From an uncultured bacterium (GTDB lineage Bacteria > Joyebacterota > Joyebacteria > Joyebacterales > Joyebacteraceae), in NCBI GenBank assembly GCA_964521425.1, contig CAZFRO010000007.1, positions 50,106 to 114,105 on the forward strand: DNA of 64,000 bases, read 5' to 3'. The notes below the pieces were generated by a model. The model saw only the letters and a program-made list of their open reading frames with translations, searched no databases and was not told where the DNA came from. Positions 36,758-44,883 of the stretch are shown here, one piece after another (the stretch's first letter is position 1; each line of letters begins with the position of its first letter). The position numbers and the translations under genes were made by a program.

Positions 36758-38035
36758 CTATTCTGAGTAGTCATAGACTCTGATCCGCTCCGTGGTTCGG
36801 TAGTTCACAGGCACAGGAAGGGGGTGCCGCTGAATCCCGACGAACAGGTATGTGCCCTCCCACTGGAGTCCGCCCATGTTCACTTGGTCAGCGGTGGCGA
36901 TCGGCTCGTCAACCTCAAGCATCGAGTCGTCTAGCACTACGACCCGCTTCGTCACACGGCTCGGGTTCCCTTCTGCATTGAGAATCTGAAGAGCAAGGAG
37001 GGATCCATCATCACAGACAGCTGCAGTAACGATGAAATCGTCGGCTTGATAGTCGCCGAGTCGAATTGGATTGAAGGGATCGCTCACGTCGTAGTATGTC
37101 GCCGCTCCCAATCCCATCTGAATCACAACCATCCGGGTGCCATCCTCGGAGTAGTACCGTATGCCGTCCTCAACATCAACACTCGACGACTGGCTGGTTC
37201 CTATGTCCAGGGCAACGGTCTCTGCTGCCTCCTGCCGGCAGGTGCGGCGAAATATCAGTGTCTCTCCTGAGGGAGTCAGATAGAGCTGGCCGTAGCTGCT
37301 GCGGGTGGGACTGGACTCCATAATGGCTTCGCCCTCTGGGTTGAACGCCACGAGCACCTGCCGTGCCGAATCCACCGCGGGTGTCGCCTGTTCCCCGTAC
37401 CTAGCTACTGCGGCGAACCTCCCGGATGTCGCCGAGACGGCTGCAGAGCCTGTCGGGCGCAAGTAGATCGGAAACGGGTACGGTCCAGGAGGTTCGTTGC
37501 TCCCCCCCTGGAAGAAGAGGGTCTGTTGCGGCGTATGTACCATGGCAAGACCATCCGGCGAGAGTAGCTCCCACCCGAGGATCTCCTGATTCGGAAGATC
37601 GAGAAGATTGACAAACTTCACCGGGACACTGGCCCCGCGCATGTCCTCGCCCGGCAGAGAAAGCACTGTGAACGGCGTGTCAGGGGAGTCCCTAGAGACC
37701 CGCGACTCAGCGAAGAATGCGAGGTATGATCTGCTGCCTCGCCCAAGTGTCCCATCGGCGTTTACGTACAGTGGAGCCAGCTCCAGCCGTATGTCCAGTG
37801 CCAGTCGCTCTCCGATTTGCTGCGATGAATCAACCACCCGCATGATGCGCAGATGGTCTTTTGGAAACAGCAGTGTGGAACCGAAGTGGTTCACCTCCAG
37901 GTGCGCCGTTTCCCCTTCTATGCCAACGGACCACACAAGCCTGTCCCTCGTACGGGTCCCTTGCGCGGAGCAGAAACCGCAGTTCACAGCAGTAGCTAGC
38001 ACGAGCACGATGAACCAACGCGCGATTGATCTCAT
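36758..38035 (-). CDS. Secreted hypothetical protein, beta-strand-rich (possible propeller)
   Basis: Signal peptide; GAAGGAG RBS; short spacing to the downstream genes. Confidence 0.6.
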   Translation of the reverse strand: MRSIARWFIVLVLATAVNCGFCSAQGTRTRDRLVWSVGIEGETAHLEVNHFGSTLLFPKDHLRIMRVVDSSQQIGERLALDIRLELAPLYVNADGTLGRGSRSYLAFFAESRVSRDSPDTPFTVLSLPGEDMRGASVPVKFVNLLDLPNQEILGWELLSPDGLAMVHTPQQTLFFQGGSNEPPGPYPFPIYLRPTGSAAVSATSGRFAAVARYGEQATPAVDSARQVLVAFNPEGEAIMESSPTRSSYGQLYLTPSGETLIFRRTCRQEAAETVALDIGTSQSSSVDVEDGIRYYSEDGTRMVVIQMGLGAATYYDVSDPFNPIRLGDYQADDFIVTAAVCDDGSLLALQILNAEGNPSRVTKRVVVLDDSMLEVDEPIATADQVNMGGLQWEGTYLFVGIQRHPLPVPVNYRTTERIRVYDYSE

Positions 38036-38383
38036 GGCCTGCACTCCTTCCGTCATCCCGGTCACACCGTGTCTGGGCGGCTGCCGCGACGAACTCGCCC
38101 GCGCAGCATCGACTCTGCGCTCGGAATACAGAGGGCTTATGTCCGCAGCACAGATCTGAACACCGTGTATGCAGACTGCGGCCAGCGAGTGAACGACCGA
38201 CTCCCTCCGTTATCGTAGAATAGTACCGCAATGGGAGTCCCGAGGGCAACCGAGATTTACGTCATGTAGCGCGTGGCCACAGGATCTCTTGCCGACGGCA
38301 TATCTAGGCCGGAGTCGATGTGGAAGTGAACCCGGACGGAAAGGCGAGTGCCCTCGGGCTGGGAACCGCGCCCTACAAAGAGA

Positions 38384-38403
38384 CGGGGCCCGGAAGGGCC
38401 CCG
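38384..38403 (-). terminator. Intrinsic terminator
   Basis: Hairpin cggggccc-ttcc-gggccccg followed by UCUCUUUG on the minus strand. Confidence 0.65.
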
Positions 38404-38483
38404 CCTCGTGTGTTGTTCCTCGATGCCTCAGGCGCTCTTTTCTGAGCGTGACGCTGCGACCGCGACGACGCCTCAAGCTGCGT

Positions 38484-38747
38484 CTAGTCCTTGGGGTCTA
38501 TGCACGCTCTGAGTGCACTCATGATCCCGCTGTGCACGTCCTGCGGCACTGCCTTGCATCGCGTCGTCCTGTAGTAGACGATGGTCTGCCGCAACGTTCT
38601 CACGACCGACTGGCAGCGCTCACAGTCACTCATGTGCACCTCGAACTTGGTGACAAGCGCGAGATCGAGTTCCCCATCGTGATAGTCAGACAGGAGTTCG
38701 AGGAACTGCAAACACTCTGTGCACTCTTTGTGATCATGCATACTCAT
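38484..38747 (-). CDS. Soluble zf-HC2 anti-sigma factor (RsrA-like)
   Basis: C..LLSDYHDGEL..HMSDCERC motif; no transmembrane helix; extra Cys residues. Confidence 0.82.
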   Translation of the reverse strand: MSMHDHKECTECLQFLELLSDYHDGELDLALVTKFEVHMSDCERCQSVVRTLRQTIVYYRTTRCKAVPQDVHSGIMSALRACIDPKD

Positions 38748-38783
38748 TGGTCCCTGTGAGCTGAAGTCCAGGCTCCGGTTTCG

Positions 38784-40742
38784 CTATTCCTGCACCTCTT
38801 CGGGTACTTCCTCGGTCGCAGTCTCTGAGCGCCCACCCAGGTGATTCGCGAGGAACGCCTCGGCCTCGCCGTAGAACCTGAGGCGATTCTCGGGTCTCGC
38901 AAAACCGTGGCCCTCATCCTCGAACAGGATGTAGTTGACCTCGAGTCCCTTCTCCTCCATCGCGTGCACGATCTGCTCCGACTCGGCCTGCTTGACCCTT
39001 GGATCGTTGGCGCCCTGGGCGACGAGCATCGGGATCGTGATCTCATCGACCTTGAATAGCGGCGATCTCGAGATCAGGAAGTCGGCCTCGGTCTCCGGAT
39101 TGCCAACGCGCTTGTACATGGACTGGATCATCGGGGCCCAGTACGGCGGGATCGTCTCGATAAATGTTATCAGGTTGCTCGGTCCCATCATGGGCACGGC
39201 GCAGCAGTAGAGATCCGGCGTGAAGGTGGCGCCGGCGAGTGCTGCGTAGCCTCCGTACGATGCTCCGTAGATGGCGACGCGCTCGGGATCAGCGATCCCC
39301 TGGTCGATCGCCCAGTTGACCGCGTCTGTGAGGTCGTCCTGCATCGTGCCGCCCCACTCCTTGTCGCCGGCGTTCAGGAACTCCTTGCCGTAGCCCGTTG
39401 ATCCTCGGAAATTCACCTGAAGGCAGACGTAGCCACGGTTGGCCAGCCACTGCGCCTCCGGATTGTATCCCCACTGGTCACGCGCCCACGGCCCGCCGTG
39501 AACGTTCAGGACCATCGGAAGGCCGGTGCGCCCCGCGCCCGGCGGATACGTCGCGTAGCCGTAGATGGTAAGGCCGTCGCGCGACGTGAACGAGACAGGC
39601 TCCATCGGAGCAAGCGTGTACTTGTCGAGGTCGTTCCTATGATTGAAGAGGAACGTAGCTTCTTTGCTCTCGCGATCGAAGCTGTAGTACGAGACCGGCC
39701 CATTGTCCTTGATGAAGGCGACGAGCCACGTGTCGTCCGCATCGTCGCGGCTGTAGACACCCCAATCGCCGGTGTCGAGCTTGGCTATGGCCTCGAAGTC
39801 GGCGGCCACCGCATCATCCAGCGGCGTCCACTCGACCCTCTCTCTCAGGAAAGACACGGCCTCGATCTCGAACGTGTCGGGATTGATCATGACATCCTCG
39901 ACATCGTACGCCGTATCCTCCGCTATCACCTCGTACTCCCCGGTCGCGATCTCGTACTTGATGAGTCGGCCGGCGTTCACGTTCCGTGAGTCGATGAGGT
40001 AGACGGAGTCGCCATCCTTGGTGAAGCCCAGGGGACCACTCGTGTAGTTGTCCTCCATGCCCCACTGGATCAGCGACTGCCAGGAGTCGTCCTCGGTCTC
40101 TCTTATCAGAAGTTCGCTTCCACCGTCCGGAGTCGCGGCAATGGCCCCGCGCACCTTGAGATCGAAGTCGGTCATCCAACCGACGATGTTGCCTGGATTG
40201 CGGGCAACTATCTCCATGTCGCCGGTCTCGAGGTCCAGGCGATACACGTCATGCAATCTCGGATCCTGCTTGTTCATCGAGATGAGCATCGTGTTCGGAT
40301 GGTGCTTGCTGTGGTCGACGATCCGAACCTGGATACCGTCGAACGGCGTAAGATCGAGCGTCTCGCCCGAGCTGAGATCTGTGGTGTAGAGACGCCAGTT
40401 CTCGTCACCGTCCGAATCCTGAAGATACATGATGTGATTGCTGTCCTCGTCCCAGAAGTAGCGATAGATGCCTCGGTGCTCGTCGCTCGTAACAGCGTGA
40501 TCATCGTCTTCGCCAACGGTCCTGACCCAGACGTTCAGCACATCGTTCACTGGAGCAATGTAGGCAAGCTTCTCGCCGTCGGGCGAGATACGGGCACGCA
40601 TCTTCTCCGGGTTTCCGAAGAGCACGGAACGCGGGATGATCTCAGACTGCATCGTCCCACATGACGAGAAGAGAACTGCACCCGCCGCAATTACCAGGAG
40701 CAGCACCGCCACTATCGCTCTTCTGCTTGTTTTCTTGTGCAT
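38784..40742 (-). CDS. S9 family (acylaminoacyl/dipeptidyl) peptidase, lipoprotein
   Basis: Lipobox LFSSC; VHGGPW; triad motifs GASYGG (Ser), GANDPRV (Asp) and DEGHGF (His). Confidence 0.93.
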   Translation of the reverse strand: MHKKTSRRAIVAVLLLVIAAGAVLFSSCGTMQSEIIPRSVLFGNPEKMRARISPDGEKLAYIAPVNDVLNVWVRTVGEDDDHAVTSDEHRGIYRYFWDEDSNHIMYLQDSDGDENWRLYTTDLSSGETLDLTPFDGIQVRIVDHSKHHPNTMLISMNKQDPRLHDVYRLDLETGDMEIVARNPGNIVGWMTDFDLKVRGAIAATPDGGSELLIRETEDDSWQSLIQWGMEDNYTSGPLGFTKDGDSVYLIDSRNVNAGRLIKYEIATGEYEVIAEDTAYDVEDVMINPDTFEIEAVSFLRERVEWTPLDDAVAADFEAIAKLDTGDWGVYSRDDADDTWLVAFIKDNGPVSYYSFDRESKEATFLFNHRNDLDKYTLAPMEPVSFTSRDGLTIYGYATYPPGAGRTGLPMVLNVHGGPWARDQWGYNPEAQWLANRGYVCLQVNFRGSTGYGKEFLNAGDKEWGGTMQDDLTDAVNWAIDQGIADPERVAIYGASYGGYAALAGATFTPDLYCCAVPMMGPSNLITFIETIPPYWAPMIQSMYKRVGNPETEADFLISRSPLFKVDEITIPMLVAQGANDPRVKQAESEQIVHAMEEKGLEVNYILFEDEGHGFARPENRLRFYGEAEAFLANHLGGRSETATEEVPEEVQE

Positions 40743-40870
40743 CTATCCTCCATAGTCCTTGTCCTGTGGCCCCGTCAGTAGTGTTTCCAATGGGCCCGCC
40801 TGTTTCGATTCAGAGTCAGAGATTTCGATTCGGGAATATCCTCCACCACTATATATATCGCATTCGGGTG

Positions 40871-41470
40871 TCAGGCCACGGCCCCCCCGGATGCGTAGTA
40901 ATGAGCGAGCCTCTCGCGAAGAAACAGCCTGGCTCGATGAAGGCGGGACTTAACGGCAGGGATACTCAGCCCAAGGATGTCAGCCGTCTCCTCGGTCGAT
41001 ATCCCGTGCACGTCCCTGAGCACGAAGACGATACGATTGTTTGCGGGAAGGGCGTTGATGTGCCGGGTCAGAACGCCACCCAGCTCCTCGTTCATGACCG
41101 TCGAAGCCGGGTCGGTGGTCCAGTCCGCAACCTCACGGGGAATCTCAGCCTCGCCGAGCTCGAGCGGTTGGTCGAGCGACACCGTATCGAGCTTCCTCTT
41201 CCGGATTCGCATGAGGCATGCGTTCGTGGCGATGCGGTAGATCCAGGTCGAGAACCTGGCTTCCTCACGGAAAGAGGGGAGCGCCTTGTAGGCTTTGACG
41301 AAGACTTCCTGAAGACAGTCCTCGGCGTCCTCGGGGTTCCGGAGCATCTTGATGCAGAGGCCGTAGACGTTCGCCTCGTGCCGCTCTACGAGCAGACCGA
41401 AGGCGTCATTGTCGCCGCCCCTTGCTCTGCCAACGAGCTCCGTATCGGTAGGATTTGTGTGATCGACCAT
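40871..41470 (-). CDS. ECF RNA polymerase sigma-70 factor
   Basis: DAEDCLQEVF, FSTWIYRIATN and AVKSRLHRAR motifs. Confidence 0.93.
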   Translation of the reverse strand: MVDHTNPTDTELVGRARGGDNDAFGLLVERHEANVYGLCIKMLRNPEDAEDCLQEVFVKAYKALPSFREEARFSTWIYRIATNACLMRIRKRKLDTVSLDQPLELGEAEIPREVADWTTDPASTVMNEELGGVLTRHINALPANNRIVFVLRDVHGISTEETADILGLSIPAVKSRLHRARLFLRERLAHYYASGGAVA

Positions 41471-41497
41471 TCGACACCAGTCTGCGGAAGCGAGAGA

Positions 41498-41983
41498 CTA
41501 GATCCTGCTGCGCTCCGGCATCCTGTCACTGAATTCCTCGCGGACTATCTGCTCCACGAGTCGCGGGACAGCCTCTTCTGCCATCTCCAGCAGCTCGGTG
41601 CTTCGTTCAGCACCCGTCCCCACCTCTATGGCATAGACGGATATCTCCTGAGGCATTGTCGCGCCACCCATGCCCGGAATCTCCACCGTAGCCAGGTACT
41701 CGGCCCCATTCTCCGACTCGCGAGCGTTCACGAGCTCAAGATCTTCGAGTCCGAGTCTCCTGAGTTCACCGACGTCCCAGTCATCGCCCTGGACGCAGTC
41801 CACGACCACGACCTTCCGGTAGCCGGCCACGACCCCGAGCAGATCTACGCCCGAGGCCGGAGTCTCAATAATGTCGATACTCGGATCCCTGAGTGCGGCA
41901 TGAAGACCGCGGGCCACATCGAGCCCCATTCGTTCCTCAGCAAAGCCCGGGTCGCCAAGCCCCAATATGAGCGTCTTGATCAT
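41498..41983 (-). CDS. Hydrogenase maturation protease-like protein (HybD/HycI fold) with degenerate motifs
   Basis: KTLILGLG...VVVVDCV...YAIE pattern; the usual GN...DDG and His motifs are altered. Confidence 0.7.
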   Translation of the reverse strand: MIKTLILGLGDPGFAEERMGLDVARGLHAALRDPSIDIIETPASGVDLLGVVAGYRKVVVVDCVQGDDWDVGELRRLGLEDLELVNARESENGAEYLATVEIPGMGGATMPQEISVYAIEVGTGAERSTELLEMAEEAVPRLVEQIVREEFSDRMPERSRI

Positions 41984-41991
41984 AAGTCCAC

Positions 41992-43623
41992 CTACGCCAG
42001 AACATCGACCTTGTTCTTTGCCTTCTCCGGCCTGCGGTATTCCGGCAGGAGTATCGGTGCCACGCGGTTCCGCCCGACTCTCTTTGCGGTCAGTTCCTTG
42101 TGGAACTTCTTCAGATGGTCGAGCGTTAGCTTGCCGGGACGCTTGATGCTTGCTGCCCGCTCTGCTGCAGCGGCTCCCGCGCGCTTTCCGAACACGACGA
42201 CATCGAGAAGCGAGTTACCCATGAGCCTGTTGCGGCCATGGATGCCGCCCGCCAGCTCGCCCGACGCATAGAGGTTCTTGATCGTAGTCTCTGTATCCAC
42301 CTTGATCTTGAGTCCACCGTTCTGATAGTGCTGCGTCGGGTAGATCAGGATCGGTGTCTTGCTCATGTCGATCCCGAAGCGCTGGTACTGGCGGTACATC
42401 GCCGGAAGCCGCTTCTTGATCGTTCCCGGGCCATGAATATCCTCGATAATCGGCGTGTCGAGCCACACCACCGAGTAGCCGGACGGAGTCTCGACACCGT
42501 TCTTCCGCTCGCTGCACTCTCTGATGATCGCGGCTGCCTCGACATCGCGCGTCTCGAGTTCGTAGACAAACCTGTTGCCCTTCGCGTTCACGAGCTGACC
42601 ACCCAGTCCCCTGACCTTCTCGGTGACGAGCTGACCCAGAAGCTGCTCTGGATATGCGGCGCCGGTCGGGTGGTACTGGATGGTGTCCATGAAGACGAGA
42701 GGCACACCGGCACGGTAGCCGAGCACGAGTCCGTCCGCCGTCGCGCCGTAGTGGTTGGTCGTCGGGAATCCGTCAACGTGAAGGCGCCCGGCGCCACCTG
42801 TCGCCAGAATGACCGTCTTCGCCCGCGCGATGAGATACTCGTGAGTCTCCATATTATAGAGGACCGCTCCGGTGACCTTCTTTCCATCTGTCAGAAGCTC
42901 ATATGCAGGCGAGAACTCTACGCACGGGATCTCCCTGTTCTGAACCTCGTCCTTCAGGGTCTTCATTATCTCGCCGCCGGTGTAGTCGCGCGCCGCATGC
43001 ATGCGCTTCCGCGATGTCCCACCACCGTGGATCGTGAGCATCGTCCCATCCGGGTCCTTGTCGAACATCACGCCGAGTTTCTCGAGCCACGCGAGAACGC
43101 CCGGCGCATCTCCGACGAGAGCCTCCACGAGGTCGGGGTCGTTGAAGTACCAGCCGCCCCCGATCACATCCAGATAGTGGGTGGCCGGAGAATCGTTCGG
43201 CTTGTCAGCACCCTGGATCCCGCCCTGCGCCATGACCGTGTTGGCGTCTCCGACCCTGAGCTTCGTGACGAGAAGCACGTCGGCGCCGGCGTCATGAGCC
43301 ACGATCGCAGCAGCAGCGCCCGCACCACCACCCCCCACAACCAGCACATCCACGTCGTAATCGATGTTGGAGAGGTCAAACTTCTCCGGATCGATCATGC
43401 TGCGCGCCTCAAGGACATTGGCGAACTCCTTCGGCGTCAGCGTGCCCTTCGAGGGGCCGACCTTCAGCTTCCTGAAGATTCTCTTGATGTAGTCCGGGTG
43501 GTGGTTCTCGAGAAGCTCGACCTTGCCAACGGCGTCGAGGAGTGGCATCTGCTGCTTCTGCCGTTCCTTGCGCGTCTTCTCGACAAGCTTCATCGACTTC
43601 TGCATGTCTGGTGTGTAGTACAC
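41992..43623 (-). CDS. Soluble fumarate reductase/succinate dehydrogenase-family flavoprotein (TfrA-like)
   Basis: GGGGAG, NTVMAQGG, LATGG, QYHPT, TEKVRG, TRD, HYQNGG and HGRNRLMGNSL motifs. Confidence 0.88.
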   Translation of the reverse strand: MYYTPDMQKSMKLVEKTRKERQKQQMPLLDAVGKVELLENHHPDYIKRIFRKLKVGPSKGTLTPKEFANVLEARSMIDPEKFDLSNIDYDVDVLVVGGGGAGAAAAIVAHDAGADVLLVTKLRVGDANTVMAQGGIQGADKPNDSPATHYLDVIGGGWYFNDPDLVEALVGDAPGVLAWLEKLGVMFDKDPDGTMLTIHGGGTSRKRMHAARDYTGGEIMKTLKDEVQNREIPCVEFSPAYELLTDGKKVTGAVLYNMETHEYLIARAKTVILATGGAGRLHVDGFPTTNHYGATADGLVLGYRAGVPLVFMDTIQYHPTGAAYPEQLLGQLVTEKVRGLGGQLVNAKGNRFVYELETRDVEAAAIIRECSERKNGVETPSGYSVVWLDTPIIEDIHGPGTIKKRLPAMYRQYQRFGIDMSKTPILIYPTQHYQNGGLKIKVDTETTIKNLYASGELAGGIHGRNRLMGNSLLDVVVFGKRAGAAAAERAASIKRPGKLTLDHLKKFHKELTAKRVGRNRVAPILLPEYRRPEKAKNKVDVLA

Positions 43624-43635
43624 CGTTGTGCCCTC

Positions 43636-44319
43636 CTAGTCTGCCGGCTCGATGTCTCTGGCCTCGTAGAGTTCGGCAAGCTCGCGCCGCTTTATGGATT
43701 TCAGACCCGCAATCTCCTTGTCGTACTTGCCTCTCTTCATCTCCTTCATGCGCTTGTCCAGATCCTTCGCGCGAGGAGCGATCTTGCTCGAGTAGAGGCG
43801 ACGACAGAGAAGAGCAACATTGTACTGCACTATTTCAGCCGGGCACCGCGACGCGCAGAGACCGCAGAGCAGGCAGTCGAACGAGAGATCCGCGGCCTTG
43901 GCAATGTCGCCTCTGAGGGCCGCCTGGATGTACTCCATGACCTCAATGTCCTGCGGGCACGCCCTCGTGCAGGTGTTGCAGGCCAGACAACGGAACACCT
44001 CGGGGTACAGCTTGAGCACCGTCTCGGAGTTGGGCTTGAGCCTATCCAGATTGTATGTCGCCTTGTTGCCCGGGAAGAACGGGATCTCCGCGAGGTACAT
44101 CTCGTCCTGGACCATCTCCTGGCAGGCGAGTCCCACCTTGAGACGGTAGTCGTCCTTCGTGCGATAGACCGTGCCGCAGGCCCCGCAGAACGCCCCCCTG
44201 CATCCACACCCTCTGATGAAGCGGTAGCCGGCGTATTCCATCGCCTTCATGATGGTGAGATCGTGAGGGACCTCGTACGCCTTCCCCATCACGTAGATGG
44301 TTACCATCTCTGATGCCAT
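43636..44319 (-). CDS. Fe-S subunit ([2Fe-2S] plus two [4Fe-4S]), FrdB/SdhB-like
   Basis: CRGAFCGAC...LAC; CLACNTCTRACP; CLLCGLCASRCP. Confidence 0.85.
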   Translation of the reverse strand: MASEMVTIYVMGKAYEVPHDLTIMKAMEYAGYRFIRGCGCRGAFCGACGTVYRTKDDYRLKVGLACQEMVQDEMYLAEIPFFPGNKATYNLDRLKPNSETVLKLYPEVFRCLACNTCTRACPQDIEVMEYIQAALRGDIAKAADLSFDCLLCGLCASRCPAEIVQYNVALLCRRLYSSKIAPRAKDLDKRMKEMKRGKYDKEIAGLKSIKRRELAELYEARDIEPAD

Positions 44320-44390
44320 CTTGGATCGTCTCCCTGTTGGTCAGACGGGAGTCGCGCCAACACACAAACGCTTCCCGTGCGCCGCCTGCG

Positions 44391-44882
44391 TTATCGCTTC
44401 GCCTTGGCCTTCTTCTTCGCGGTCGATACCTTCACGCCTTTGGCCTCGTCCGGAGCCTCGGCGCCACTCAACCTGTCGGTGAGATCGAGTTTCATCGGAC
44501 CGAGATCTCTCACAGTCTCGACGAACTCGCTCATCACGTTGACAACCTTGTCACCCTCTGCGGCCGATATCCAATCGAGCCTCAGCCGGTCACTCTCGAT
44601 ACCGAGTGACTCAAGCACCGGCTTCAAGAGCGCAACGCGACGCATCGTGTTGTAGTTGCCATCCTGGTAGTGACAGTCTCCGGGGTGACATCCACCAACC
44701 AGCACGCCGTCGGCTCCCTCGCGGAAGGCCCAAAGAATGTGCTGCGGGTCGACCCGGCCGCTGCAGTTCACGCGCAGCACGACGCCGTTCGGCGGATACT
44801 GCTTGCGTGAGGTCCCTGCGAGGTCGGCGCCCGCATACGTGCACCACTTGCAGAAAAAGCAGACGATTCTGGGTTCGAACAT
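44391..44882 (-). CDS. mvhD: Methyl-viologen-reducing hydrogenase delta subunit ([2Fe-2S] adaptor)
   Basis: FCKWCTYAGAD, CSGRVDP, GADGV, GCHPGDCHY and WISAAEG motifs. Confidence 0.93.
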   Translation of the reverse strand: MFEPRIVCFFCKWCTYAGADLAGTSRKQYPPNGVVLRVNCSGRVDPQHILWAFREGADGVLVGGCHPGDCHYQDGNYNTMRRVALLKPVLESLGIESDRLRLDWISAAEGDKVVNVMSEFVETVRDLGPMKLDLTDRLSGAEAPDEAKGVKVSTAKKKAKAKR

Positions 44883-44883
44883 A

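Noticed and set aside
32411-38480. Mobile element or prophage around the secreted cassette
   Set aside because: No integrase, transposase, tRNA or flanking direct repeats were seen.
41992-43623. L-aspartate oxidase (NadB) assignment
   Set aside because: It lacks the NadB EGGHS motif (has HGGGTS), no nadA/nadC are nearby, and it is paired with an FrdB-like Fe-S subunit.
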